A stretch of DNA of 64,000 nt from an uncultured virus (IMG/VR IMGVR_UViG_3300034073_005193) (taxonomy: Duplodnaviria > Heunggongvirae > Uroviricota > Caudoviricetes): IMG/VR virus record IMGVR_UViG_3300034073_005193, positions 1-64,000 of that record. One strand, 5' to 3'. How positions within the stretch are numbered: the first letter of the stretch is position 1; each line of letters opens with the position of its first letter. Made by a program: the position numbers and the translations under genes. The notes below the pieces were generated by a model. That model saw only the letters and a list, made by a program, of their open reading frames with translations, searched no databases and was not told the DNA's origin. Below, piece by piece: positions 52,382 through 62,790 of the stretch.

Positions 52382-53773
52382 ATGGATGTCATTCAAGAAA
52401 TTTCTCAAAATGCCGACAATTTATCTGAAAAAGATTTATCTTGGATAATTCCCAAAATAAATGATAAATATAATTATGTTATAAAAAATTTCTCTGTTGC
52501 CGCCAAACAGAATAATGAGATCTCCAAGGCAGCTTTTCAAGCTGCCGCACACCAGGCTTTAGAGAAAGCAATTAACACTTTTCTTTTTAAAAAGCAGCAC
52601 TGGAAGAAAAAATATAATTTACATTATTATCTTATTAAGACTTTATCAAATTTAAAATCAGAAAAATTAATTGAAAATTCAGGAACGGAAAATGTTAATC
52701 TGCCTATCTGCCCGCTTTGCAAGAGCGAGGGATATAAAGAATTTTTAGAGAGCAATGATAATTTTTATCATTGTAAAAGATGCTCTAACCTTCTTGAAAA
52801 TATGGAGCATTCAAATCTTAAATATGAATTAAGAAAAATATTTAGCAGTCACTCTAAAAAAGGAGTTAGATGCCCGGACTGTAAAGGTTGGGCTCCAGAT
52901 TCTGCATTTGACGGTGGAATCTTTCCCTGTCTATATAATTGTGGTTTTATTGGAAATTATAATGAATATTATTCAGGAGCACATCCTGTATCTTTAACTT
53001 TTCGAAAAATTAAATCATTGAATGAAAATCTTGACGATGATTTTTCTTTAGAAAAAGTTTTAAACTCCTCGTCAATTACAGAACAAGAAGAACTAATCTT
53101 CAATGAAGATCTTGAAAATCAATATAAGTTAGTCAAAGAAGTATTATTTCAACAACAAAAATCTCTTAATAATACCGCTACATCTGCCACTATTATTCAA
53201 AAGCAATTAATGTACCAAGCATTCATTAATTGCTTAGAGATGTTTCCATATGAAATGACTCTCTATTTGGCTCATCAAAAAAATGTTTCTAAAGAACCTC
53301 TCCAATGTAAAATATTTCAAGAATATGCAGATTTAATGTTAAACTATATGCCATTTAGTATTGTTAAAGGAAAAAATAAATTTGAAATTTTAGATCCTTG
53401 CGATCCCAAAGCTTCTTTGTTTCTTGGAATTTCTGAATATTCTTCTGTGGTTAGCAGAGATGGCTGCATCCCGAATGAGACTAAAGAAAATTATATTGGC
53501 GGTAAACAGGTTAAAGATTATGGTCCCTGTTTTCTTGGTAAATTAATTTCTGTTACGTCAGATGGTATAGATGTTACAGAATCTGTTAAATATTATACTT
53601 TTAATGAAATTAAAACTTCCCTACCTGAAAACACGGAAGTTGAAGTAAAACACTTTAGAATCGCTTCCCATTACGAAATGCACTCTTTGGTCTTTCTTCA
53701 AAGAATTCGAAGGTCTGTAGTGGATAAGGTTTATTTTGTCTTAAATAAAGAAAAAAGAAAGGTTAGATCATGA
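52382..53773 (+). CDS. Zinc-ribbon protein, possibly a divergent sigma-like transcription factor
   Basis: CPLC, CKRC, CPDC, CLYNC; weak sigma region-2-like and region-3.2-like segments. Confidence 0.45.
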   Translation: MDVIQEISQNADNLSEKDLSWIIPKINDKYNYVIKNFSVAAKQNNEISKAAFQAAAHQALEKAINTFLFKKQHWKKKYNLHYYLIKTLSNLKSEKLIENSGTENVNLPICPLCKSEGYKEFLESNDNFYHCKRCSNLLENMEHSNLKYELRKIFSSHSKKGVRCPDCKGWAPDSAFDGGIFPCLYNCGFIGNYNEYYSGAHPVSLTFRKIKSLNENLDDDFSLEKVLNSSSITEQEELIFNEDLENQYKLVKEVLFQQQKSLNNTATSATIIQKQLMYQAFINCLEMFPYEMTLYLAHQKNVSKEPLQCKIFQEYADLMLNYMPFSIVKGKNKFEILDPCDPKASLFLGISEYSSVVSRDGCIPNETKENYIGGKQVKDYGPCFLGKLISVTSDGIDVTESVKYYTFNEIKTSLPENTEVEVKHFRIASHYEMHSLVFLQRIRRSVVDKVYFVLNKEKRKVRS

Positions 53774-54203
53774 AAAATTTTGATTTAAATGAATTATTAA
53801 GTTCTTCTATGAAGAACATGGCTGCTAATTATAAAACAGAGGCTCCAACTTGGTTTATGCCAGGTCAGCTTTCTTTTAATGCATCAGAAAGCTTATCTCT
53901 TTTTCATTGTTTAGAATCTCAGATGATTCAGTTTGCCATTTTTCATGGAAAAACTGTGCATAGATTTTATATTTATTTACCAGAAGATAAATACGAATTA
54001 TCTAATTTAGATGACGTAGTTAAAGTTATTAATGCTGAAGAAAAATCTTTGAAGCTTGTATATAGAGGAGAATCTTGTTTATTGTTCATCTCCCAAGATA
54101 ATATGTTATTTTTTGATTCAAATCTAGATAAAATTGAAGTAGCTTCTTTTACTGGTACAAAATTAGCCTCTTTAAAAAACAATTTAAAATCTTTGAGTAA
54201 AAA

Positions 54204-55034
54204 ATGAGTAAGTGGAGACCTTCCGACAATTGCATTTATGTCATACCAGACATTCACGGCGCCGTTGATTTGTTAGAAAAGTGTTTAGTTAGAATTTTGC
54301 CACTAAGAAATAAGAATGGAAAAAAAGATAAAATAATTTTTTTAGGAGATTATATAGACCGGCACGAAGATTCTTGCTTGGTTATTGATGTTTTAATTGA
54401 ATTAAAGAAAAAATACCCAGACCAAGTAATATGTTTAAAGGGAAATCATGAACATATGCTATTGATGGGTTTAGAAATGTATCCTAATTATTTACCATTT
54501 GAATACTCTTCACAGTGGAAGATGTGGCTGCATAATGGTGGTGACGATACTCTTAGAGGATATTTAAAAAATAATAAAAACAATTTAATGTTATCAAGTG
54601 TAAATTCTCTGGCAGTTAGAAAATTTAATATTATTCCTGATGAGCACTTAGAGTTTATGATGAACTGTCTTGATTTTTATGAAACAGAAAACTTTTCTTT
54701 TATTCATGGAGGTGGAAATCCGCAACTGCCATGGAGCAAGCACTCTCCGGAAGTTATTTATTGGGACAGGAAACTTTTTGAATTCGTTAAGCATTCAATG
54801 GCGTATAACGAGCCTGTCCCATGGAATAAAACTATAATAACCGGTCATAATGGACCGGTTCCACTATTTCATGATAAATTTATGATGCTTGATGCGGGAA
54901 GCCCTAAAAGACTTTTAATTTTAGAAGCTAATTCAAGGGAAGCATTTATAGCAGAAAATGACAAATCAAAATTATTAAAATTTTCTACTTCCAATAGCAT
55001 TGTAAAAAGAAGCCCTTTTCGCAGAAACTCTTAG
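54204..55034 (+). CDS. Ser/Thr phosphatase-like metallophosphoesterase
   Basis: DIHG, LGDYIDR, GNHE, WLHNGG, IHGG, TGH. Confidence 0.92.
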   Translation: MSKWRPSDNCIYVIPDIHGAVDLLEKCLVRILPLRNKNGKKDKIIFLGDYIDRHEDSCLVIDVLIELKKKYPDQVICLKGNHEHMLLMGLEMYPNYLPFEYSSQWKMWLHNGGDDTLRGYLKNNKNNLMLSSVNSLAVRKFNIIPDEHLEFMMNCLDFYETENFSFIHGGGNPQLPWSKHSPEVIYWDRKLFEFVKHSMAYNEPVPWNKTIITGHNGPVPLFHDKFMMLDAGSPKRLLILEANSREAFIAENDKSKLLKFSTSNSIVKRSPFRRNS

Positions 55035-55397
55035 GTCTTTTACTACTGAGGGATAAAGATCGGCAAGCTCTTCAAATAATTTCCATTGCTTCTTAAGTAA
55101 AATATAGCAAGAATAGTAAGAGTTTTGAGCTAAAGCATTGTAATATTTGTCTTCAGCTCCTTTTAGATGCCCAGGCATATAAACTTGGCAAAATAAAATC
55201 CAATCTCCCAATGATTGATATAAATGAAAATTATAATTATTTTGAGCTTCAATATATTTTAAAGTTAAACTATTATTAGAATAATTTTCTAGTTTGTTAG
55301 AATTTATTAATAGATTTAATAGATAAGAATTCAACTCATTGCTATAAGCAAGTTTGTCGATCGTTGGCTTGAAATATTTCATTAATATTTCATCCAT
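54975..55397 (-). CDS. Hypothetical protein (LGD..LF...YY...Y...F.ELA pattern)
   Basis: Inverted single gene with AATTTTTTCCTATATT upstream; resembles an uncharacterised bacterial family from memory only. Confidence 0.5.
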   Translation of the reverse strand: MDEILMKYFKPTIDKLAYSNELNSYLLNLLINSNKLENYSNNSLTLKYIEAQNNYNFHLYQSLGDWILFCQVYMPGHLKGAEDKYYNALAQNSYYSCYILLKKQWKLFEELADLYPSVVKDLRVSAKRASFYNAIGSRKF

Positions 55398-55421
55398 ATA
55401 ATAATATAGGAAAAAATTCAT

Positions 55422-57386
55422 ATGTCCAGCATACTTCTAATTGTAGAATCTCCAACAAAAGCAAAAACTCTTTCTAAATATTTAGGAAAAGAATATAAAA
55501 TACTTTCTAGTTTTGGTCACATGTTTGACTTGGATACTAAAAAAGCAATGTGGGGAATTGATGTTAAAAATAATTTTGAAACTTATTATTCTTTGTTGCA
55601 AGACAAGAAGAATCAATTAGAAAATATTAATAAAGCTGCTAAAGAAGCCGATCTAATATTATTAGCCTCCGACCCTGATCGAGAGGGGGAGGCAATTTCT
55701 TGGCACCTGTCAGAAGAATTAAAAAAATTTAAAAAACCAATTAAAAGAGTCTTATTTAAAGAATATACTAAAAAAGCAATTCTTGAATCTATTAAATCAT
55801 CTAGAGAGTTGGATGAACAGCTTTACAATGCACAGCAAGCAAGAAGAGTTATTGATCGAATTGTTGGATTTGGTGTTTCTGGCTATCTTAGAAAAGTTGA
55901 AGATTCTAAGACTTCTTTGTCGGCAGGGAGAACTCAATCTGTTGCCCTTAAATTAATTGTAGAAAGAGAAAAAGAGATAGAAGAATTTAAACCAGAAACT
56001 TATTATACGGTCACAGCTTCGGGTACAAAAGATAAAATTGAATTTGAAATTAAATACTCTGACAAGATTACAAATTCTAAAAAAGCTGAAAAAGTTTTAG
56101 AATCTTTAAAATCTGGTGTTAAAGTTTCAAAATTAGACAAATCTCAAAAAAATAAAAGCCCACTTCCACCTTTTGACACAGCTTCTTTGATGGGTACGTC
56201 TTCATCTATGCTTGGCTTTGGCAGTGCCAAGACTATGCAGCTAGCTCAAGCATTGTATGAAAAGGGTATGATTACTTACATGAGGACTGACTCTTTTAGA
56301 GTTTCTTCGGAATCAATCACCCAGGCTAGAGATTATTTGTCTGCTCAGCATTATGCATTACCTACCAAGCCTAATTTATATGGCGCATCTGCCGAGGCTC
56401 AAGATGCACACGAAGCAATTAGACCAACAGATATAAACGCCACTCCAGATGTATCTAATCTTCCTCAAGATGAAGAAAAATTATATGATTTAATTTGGAA
56501 AAGATTTCTAGCTTCCCAATTGAAGCCTGCTATTTATGATGCTACCGTTGTAACATTTAAATCTTCAGACGGTACTGAATTTAAATCTCATGGAAGGATA
56601 TTAACATCCGAAGGATGGCTATCTCTTTTTAAAGACACAGAGGATAAATCATCAGATAGTATACTTCCAAGTTTAGAAGTTGGAGACTGCCCAAAACTTA
56701 AAAATGAAAAATTTACAGAAAAACAAACCAAACCACCTTCCAGATATTCTGAAAAGGCAATTCTAGAAGAACTTAAAAAAAGAGGAATTGGTCGACCCAG
56801 TACTTATTCAGCTATAGTTTCTAAAATCCAAGAAAGAAATTATGTTGAAAATAAAGGAAAGGTTCTAGCTCCAACTTCGCTTGGGTTTGAAGTTTTCAAT
56901 CATTTAAATTCAAAATTTAGCTTCATGAACTATGATTATACTGCCAGTATGGAGCAGTCTTTGGATAAAATTGAATCGGGCTCATTATCTTATGTTGATT
57001 TTTTAAATAATTTTTATAAAGATTTTTCTATAGAATTAGTTAAAACAGAAAAAGAAATTAATAAATCAGCAATAGATAAATGCCCTAAATGCAGCTCTGA
57101 TAATAAAGAATATATATTTGGCTCAACTCATTATGTATATTGTAGTACATTTCCAAAATGTGGATATAAATCGAGTTATTCTAAGCAAAATACTGATATA
57201 GTAGCTAGTGAAGATAAATTTACTGCGTTTCAAAGTTGCCCAAAATGTAGTGGGTATCTGAGAGCGTACCACTCAAACAGTCAGTGGTCACTTTCATGTG
57301 TAAGGAAAGAATGTGATGGTAAATTATCTCCAACAGAAAAACAAGTAAATTTCTATAATAATTTATTAAAATTTAAGAAAGGTTAA
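55422..57386 (+). CDS. topA: Type IA DNA topoisomerase
   Basis: IVESPTKAK, DPDREGE, SAGRTQS, ITYMRTDS, QDAHEAIRPT, GIGRPSTY, C-terminal Zn ribbons. Confidence 0.97.
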   Translation: MSSILLIVESPTKAKTLSKYLGKEYKILSSFGHMFDLDTKKAMWGIDVKNNFETYYSLLQDKKNQLENINKAAKEADLILLASDPDREGEAISWHLSEELKKFKKPIKRVLFKEYTKKAILESIKSSRELDEQLYNAQQARRVIDRIVGFGVSGYLRKVEDSKTSLSAGRTQSVALKLIVEREKEIEEFKPETYYTVTASGTKDKIEFEIKYSDKITNSKKAEKVLESLKSGVKVSKLDKSQKNKSPLPPFDTASLMGTSSSMLGFGSAKTMQLAQALYEKGMITYMRTDSFRVSSESITQARDYLSAQHYALPTKPNLYGASAEAQDAHEAIRPTDINATPDVSNLPQDEEKLYDLIWKRFLASQLKPAIYDATVVTFKSSDGTEFKSHGRILTSEGWLSLFKDTEDKSSDSILPSLEVGDCPKLKNEKFTEKQTKPPSRYSEKAILEELKKRGIGRPSTYSAIVSKIQERNYVENKGKVLAPTSLGFEVFNHLNSKFSFMNYDYTASMEQSLDKIESGSLSYVDFLNNFYKDFSIELVKTEKEINKSAIDKCPKCSSDNKEYIFGSTHYVYCSTFPKCGYKSSYSKQNTDIVASEDKFTAFQSCPKCSGYLRAYHSNSQWSLSCVRKECDGKLSPTEKQVNFYNNLLKFKKG

Positions 57387-57396
57387 GGGTACGATT

Positions 57397-57732
57397 ATGG
57401 CAGCTCCAGGAGACCTCCTTCATTTTAGAGGATTAGAAGTTAAAGTTCACGATAATGATTTTGAAGATGCTTTCAGAAAATTTAAATCATTAGTTCAAAA
57501 AGAAAAAATCATTTCAGAATATAAAGAAAAACAAAGATATGAAAAACCTTCTGATAAAAAAAGAAGAAAGCATCGAGAAGCAATACAAAAACTTATGCTA
57601 GCTAAATTACGAGAACAGCAAGTTTTAAGTGGAGAGTGGGATAAAATTCAAGCTAGAAAAGAAGCTCGCAAAAGTAAAAAGATGGAAGAGCGCAAACGAA
57701 AAACATCAGATGGCTCCAGCGAGTCCCAATGA
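57397..57732 (+). CDS. rpsU: Ribosomal protein bS21 with C-terminal extension
   Basis: V.V..NDFEDAFRKFK..V.K..I..E......YEKPS.KKRRK. Confidence 0.88.
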   Translation: MAAPGDLLHFRGLEVKVHDNDFEDAFRKFKSLVQKEKIISEYKEKQRYEKPSDKKRRKHREAIQKLMLAKLREQQVLSGEWDKIQARKEARKSKKMEERKRKTSDGSSESQ

Positions 57733-59279
57733 ATAATAAAAAAGAAGTCTTTATAAGAAATCCAGCCAGACATATTCAAGCGCAAAGCGTTCAAGAAAAT
57801 TATATTCCCGAATATGTACGTCTTATGGCAGAAGGCAAGCTTAAAGGTTTACCTCAAGCAGATGAATTGCCAGAGCATCAGGCAAAAATAAGAAATCAAG
57901 CTATTAAAGATTTGCAAATGGCTCCTAAAATTACAGTTCCATCTGTAGGTCAGCAAGATTTGGGTTGGAACAAAAGAGCTTCTTTTTATGATGAGGCATT
58001 ATCCGATCAGCCTGTATATGATCATAATGTGGTTAGAAATGACTTAACATCGGAAGAGCTAGAAGCATTGCATGATCAAATTTCTAAAGAAAGAATTGAT
58101 TTTGCAAATAAAAATGCAAATAAAGAAGCGTATCAATCTTTAAAAGAAGAAAAAATATACAATCCTCCTAGCTCCTTAGACCAAGTAAGCAACAATGAAA
58201 TTGTTGTTATTTCTCAGGGAAAAGTAGTCTTTTCTTCCTTAAAAGAAGAAGAGGTTAAAGAAAAATTGGCTCATTTAATTTTTGAACAAAATATTAACCC
58301 TGATGATGTTGTAGTAATTAAACGACTTCCAATATCTATTTCAATTAACTTAGGTTGAGTATGGAAAGAAAAGCTACAGACATTTTATTAGAATTAGAAG
58401 AAAAACTTGAAAAAGTTTTATCCTATGTTGTAAATATGGATAATAATTATAAAATAATTATTTCAAGGTTAGATTCTATTAAAAATAATAATTTGCCTGT
58501 AGCTAATCTTAGCGTTAATACTTCGGAAAACATAAAATCTATAGAGAAAAATACATCATTAAATGACACTTTTGTAGAGGTCAATTCTATTGATGAAAAA
58601 TCTAAGCATGAAAAAGTAAGAGTGAGTCAAGTTGTTAAGTATCCTAAAAGTAAAAATGTCAAACAAAACAATGTTGTTTTAGCTCTGGTAAAAATATACG
58701 ATTCAAAAGGCTTAGACGCCGGGACAGTTGTCGCAGAGAACAGAACAGATCAAAACGGAAGATGGAAAGTTGATTTATCTCCAGGTCAGTATCATGTTCA
58801 CATTACAAAGCCAGCTTCTACTCAAAAGCCCCAAATAGATCATTATTTTCCCATCTCAGTAGATGGAGAAAAATCTTCTTTAGACTTAGAACCTATTGGA
58901 TGATTGGACATTATGAAGAAGAATACAAAATGGAAATCTTCTAAAGAAGTTTTAAATAAAAAAAAAGCTCTAAATAAACTCTTAGATGATAAGAAAAAAA
59001 TAGAATTAGAAATTAAAAAAACATCTTCAACATTAGAAGAGATTGAAAATAAAAAATTCTCAGAAGATGCAATGAATAAATTACCAATAGAGTCATTGCA
59101 AGACTTGTATCATAAAAATGAATCGCCAACTGAGGTCATTGAGAATCATTCTAAAGAAAGAAAAAAACAATTAAAGTTTTTTGATGAAATCTCAAGCTTA
59201 GAGCATGAAATTTATCAAGCAAAAATTGATTTAACTATTGAAAAAATTAATAATTTACTAGAAAAAATAAATTAAAATT

Positions 59280-59969
59280 ATGAATAAATATAATATAATT
59301 TGTATTGATTGTCCCTGGAGCTTTTCTGATAAGCTAGAGATGTCAGACGTAGCTCGCAGCTCTGAATCTCAATATCCAGTATTAAATATTGAAGAATTAA
59401 AAAAATTAAGAATTAATGACATAGCAGCAGAAGATGCTTTAATAGTATCATGGACGCCATCTTCTTTATTACAAGAGGGGCTAGACTGCTTAAAAAGTTG
59501 GAATTTTAGACAGACCCAAATGGTCGTTTGGAATAAAACAAATAAAGATCCTTTTAAAAGTATTAAAAATAAGTTGAAGAAAATAGATTTAAACGATAAA
59601 TCTAATATTGATAAAATTTTTAATGATTTTAATTACAATGATTTAATGGGATTTGGGATGGGTAGGATGTGGAGGAATTGTCATGAAATTGCTCTAGTAG
59701 GCGTTAGAGGTAAAATTTATAAGCACTTAAAAAACAAATCTCAAAGAACTGTTCATTTTGGAATTAATGAAAAACATTCTAAGAAACCAGAACATATCCA
59801 AGATCAATTAGATTTAATGTTTCCAGATCCATCTCTAAAAAAGATAGAGGTTTTTGCAAGAAGATTAAAAGAAGGTTGGACATGTATTGGAAATGAAGTA
59901 TGCTCTGGCAAAGATATACGAGAATCTATAAATGAACTATTATTTGATAAGGTTTGCGATAGCATATGA
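59280..59969 (+). CDS. MT-A70 family N6-adenine methyltransferase
   Basis: IDCPW (DPPW variant), W.F...VWNK, GMG...R..HE, HSKKP, IEVFAR, GW..IGNE. Confidence 0.88.
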   Translation: MNKYNIICIDCPWSFSDKLEMSDVARSSESQYPVLNIEELKKLRINDIAAEDALIVSWTPSSLLQEGLDCLKSWNFRQTQMVVWNKTNKDPFKSIKNKLKKIDLNDKSNIDKIFNDFNYNDLMGFGMGRMWRNCHEIALVGVRGKIYKHLKNKSQRTVHFGINEKHSKKPEHIQDQLDLMFPDPSLKKIEVFARRLKEGWTCIGNEVCSGKDIRESINELLFDKVCDSI

Positions 59970-60466
59970 ATGCTTTGTTGTTAAGTTATTCATATGAGCC
60001 AATTTCTTTTATTTCCGAAAGAAAAGCATTAAAAATGCTTTGTTTGGGAAAAATTGAAATTTTATCTTCATGGGAAGATCAAACTATCATTTCTAATAAC
60101 AAATTAAATTATCCATCAGTGGTTAGATTGGTTTATAAAAATAGATGGATGCCAAAAATTGCAAAATTTAATAGAAAAGCAATCTTAAAAAGAGATTATT
60201 ATATTTGTCAATATTGTGGATATGCAGGGACTTCAGCTCAATTAAGCATAGATCACATTGTTCCACGTTCTTGTGGAGGTCCCAACTCTTTTGATAATTG
60301 TGTAACTTCTTGTCACCCGTGTAATTCAAGAAAAAAAAATAGAACACCAGAGCAAGCAGGAATGAAATTATTAAATAAGCCAGAGGCTCCTAAACGTTTT
60401 ATTGTAAACGAATATAGGAGCCTCTCTATTGTGCATCCAGATTGGAAATTTTATTTAGGAGCCTAA
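59966..60466 (+). CDS. HNH endonuclease (McrA-like)
   Basis: RDYYICQYCG, IDHIVPRS.GG, NCVTSCHPCNSRK.NRTPEQAGM.L. Confidence 0.92.
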   Translation: MNALLLSYSYEPISFISERKALKMLCLGKIEILSSWEDQTIISNNKLNYPSVVRLVYKNRWMPKIAKFNRKAILKRDYYICQYCGYAGTSAQLSIDHIVPRSCGGPNSFDNCVTSCHPCNSRKKNRTPEQAGMKLLNKPEAPKRFIVNEYRSLSIVHPDWKFYLGA

Positions 60467-61191
60467 ATTTCAGATGGCTTCCACCTATATCCTGAAGGCG
60501 CAGATGGATAGCCTTCTACCCATTCAGGACCGCCCGATTCACCAGCGTCAGTAGCAGATTCTCCAGCCCCCGTGTTTCCAGTTCCTGTTAAACTTTCCAC
60601 CCTTTGTACTTTTTCAGATAGCGATTGTTCTTTCCGGAAATCATCGGAAGGACCAACTGTATCTTCCTCCAAATTTACTGACTCAGTTTTATCGTTTGTT
60701 GTAGGCACTCTGCTTCTATATGCTTTAAGTTTTGCAGCCTCGTTTGCAGCATCTCTTGCTGCTGCCGATTCGCTCTGAGGACCCATATCCATTGGTACAA
60801 CCTGACCCAAGGCTGCTGTAATAGCCTCTACATGTTTCATGTAGTTTTTGAAATTTGGAGAAGAATAAGCCATGATACTTAAATCATTTAATTGAGATTT
60901 AATACCTCTGCCTCTTGCATCTAATCTATCCTTCATTATAGTAGCACTCATTCCTTGAGTGAATAAAGTATTTGTAAATATAGCTAATGAATTTAGCAAT
61001 GTATTGCATTTATTTCTGAACGCAATAATGTCGTCTGATCCGCCCGTCTCATCGGCAGGAGACACTGAGCTTTTTACTTTGCTACATAATTCTTTAGCTG
61101 CGTTATGCGCCAAGATTGCATATCTATAATTTGCTTTGGCGTTCATTGCTAATTTGACTTGATAATAATTTGCGACTTTTAAAATACTCAT
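60463..61191 (-). CDS. Hypothetical protein (probable start MSILKVA), possible virion cargo
   Basis: Inverted single gene, no SD; N-terminal ILKVANYYQVKLA; low-complexity C-terminus. Confidence 0.6.
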   Translation of the reverse strand: MSILKVANYYQVKLAMNAKANYRYAILAHNAAKELCSKVKSSVSPADETGGSDDIIAFRNKCNTLLNSLAIFTNTLFTQGMSATIMKDRLDARGRGIKSQLNDLSIMAYSSPNFKNYMKHVEAITAALGQVVPMDMGPQSESAAARDAANEAAKLKAYRSRVPTTNDKTESVNLEEDTVGPSDDFRKEQSLSEKVQRVESLTGTGNTGAGESATDAGESGGPEWVEGYPSAPSGYRWKPSEI

Positions 61192-61264
61192 GTTCTTATG
61201 TTTATTAATGCATATGATTATAGAAAAAATATTATTTTTTTCATCTAACATTTAAGGAATAATT

Positions 61265-62290
61265 ATGAACAGTGAAAAGATAGATAAGACAAAAATAATT
61301 TTAATAGCTTGCATCCTATTTTTATTAGGAATTTTAATTTTTTTGACGTGTTCCGTTAGAGAAATTAAACAATCCTTAAAAGAATCTCAAGAGAAACTTG
61401 CTACAAATACTATTCAAATGAAAGATCTTGAGGATTCTATTAAACGTAGCCAATCTTCTTATGTTACTCAAGGATCTTTAGAAAAATCACTTTCAGAACT
61501 GGGAATGGACAAAGTAAAAGAAGATTTGGATTCTTTAGATGCTAAGTTGGTGGCAATAAATAAAATTTTGACAAAAACTCCAGGTCTTTACATTACAAAC
61601 GTTCCAAGCACTGGAAGTAAGCCAAAACCTCCAAGCGAGCCTTTTATTCCCCCTCAATTACCATGTGTTTCTGGAACTTGCCCTAACCCAGATGTATATG
61701 GATACTTGAACAATGAAAAAATCCTATCTATTGATGAACCTTTTGAAAATATGGCTGTGCCTTTTGGTAAAACTTCATTTAAGGCATGGCAAGAAAAGCC
61801 TTGGACTTTACAGATATTTCCAAGGGGCTATCATGTAAGCAATGTATTAAGTCAAAATGAAGATGGTCAATATATTGTTCATAATAAGTTTGAAATTGAA
61901 GTAGAGGGTAAAAAATATCCAGTTAAAATTTCAGAGTCTACCACCACTCAAGAGGTAAATGATTCTGAATTTTGGTTTAATCCTAAATTGTATTTAGGCA
62001 TAGGGGCTGGCGTTACAGTCACGCCAGAATTAAGAGCAGAAGTAGTTCCGTCATTGAATGTTTCAATGTTTTCTTATGGACCTAATAAAAAAGAATCTAC
62101 ATTTAGTATGTTGGGTGTGGGAATTTCTGCTCATACTCAAAATTTAGCACCCGCTATATCGATTTCTCCAGTCAATTATAATGTCGGAGAAGTTTTGCCG
62201 TTGATAGATAATTTATTCATTGGACCGACAGTCGCTATAGATACAAATGCAAATGTTTCAATCTCTGGTTCCGTCCAAGTCGGTCTTTAA
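61265..62290 (+). CDS. Membrane-anchored coiled-coil protein with beta-rich C-terminus
   Basis: N-terminal TM helix, coiled coil, Pro-rich linker, alternating beta strands. Confidence 0.55.
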   Translation: MNSEKIDKTKIILIACILFLLGILIFLTCSVREIKQSLKESQEKLATNTIQMKDLEDSIKRSQSSYVTQGSLEKSLSELGMDKVKEDLDSLDAKLVAINKILTKTPGLYITNVPSTGSKPKPPSEPFIPPQLPCVSGTCPNPDVYGYLNNEKILSIDEPFENMAVPFGKTSFKAWQEKPWTLQIFPRGYHVSNVLSQNEDGQYIVHNKFEIEVEGKKYPVKISESTTTQEVNDSEFWFNPKLYLGIGAGVTVTPELRAEVVPSLNVSMFSYGPNKKESTFSMLGVGISAHTQNLAPAISISPVNYNVGEVLPLIDNLFIGPTVAIDTNANVSISGSVQVGL

Positions 62291-62790
62291 TTTCAATCAA
62301 TGAAATTGCATATTAATGTAAGCTTTCCTCTAAGGAGTTACTATGAATCAATCAGATCAATTTCAACATCTCTACTTAGAAGAATATTGCGTAAATTATA
62401 GAAAAGAGAAAGAAGAACTTAATGAAGAGAAAAGAGTCGAAGTCATCCAGGTCTTCGGTCAAGAAGAATAAATCCAATGCTTCGCCCAATAGATTTCTGT
62501 TAAAGAAAGGCAAGGATTTATTTATTATTAATAAATTCATGTTAGATTCCTTGCCTTTTCAAGAAGTTTTAATTATGGCAGAACATACATATGAAGAAGT
62601 AAAAAAACAATTATACTTAGATGCAATCTCTGGAGATCATTTCATTCAAGAAATGAAAGTTGTCGAGGCTTTACATCAAGGGCTGATGGAGCTATACTCT
62701 AGGCACCCGATCTTGGAAAATTACGTACAAGATCAAAGCAAATTCAAATCAATTAAAGAAAATTTAGCATAGGAGTTAATTTTAAATTAT

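Noticed and set aside
570..60778. Short antisense or nested ORFs in the track (e.g. 3973-4185, 17100-17387, 21925-22326, 33768-34148, 50957-51286, 60572-60778)
   Set aside because: They overlap well-supported genes on the other strand or frame and show shadow-ORF composition
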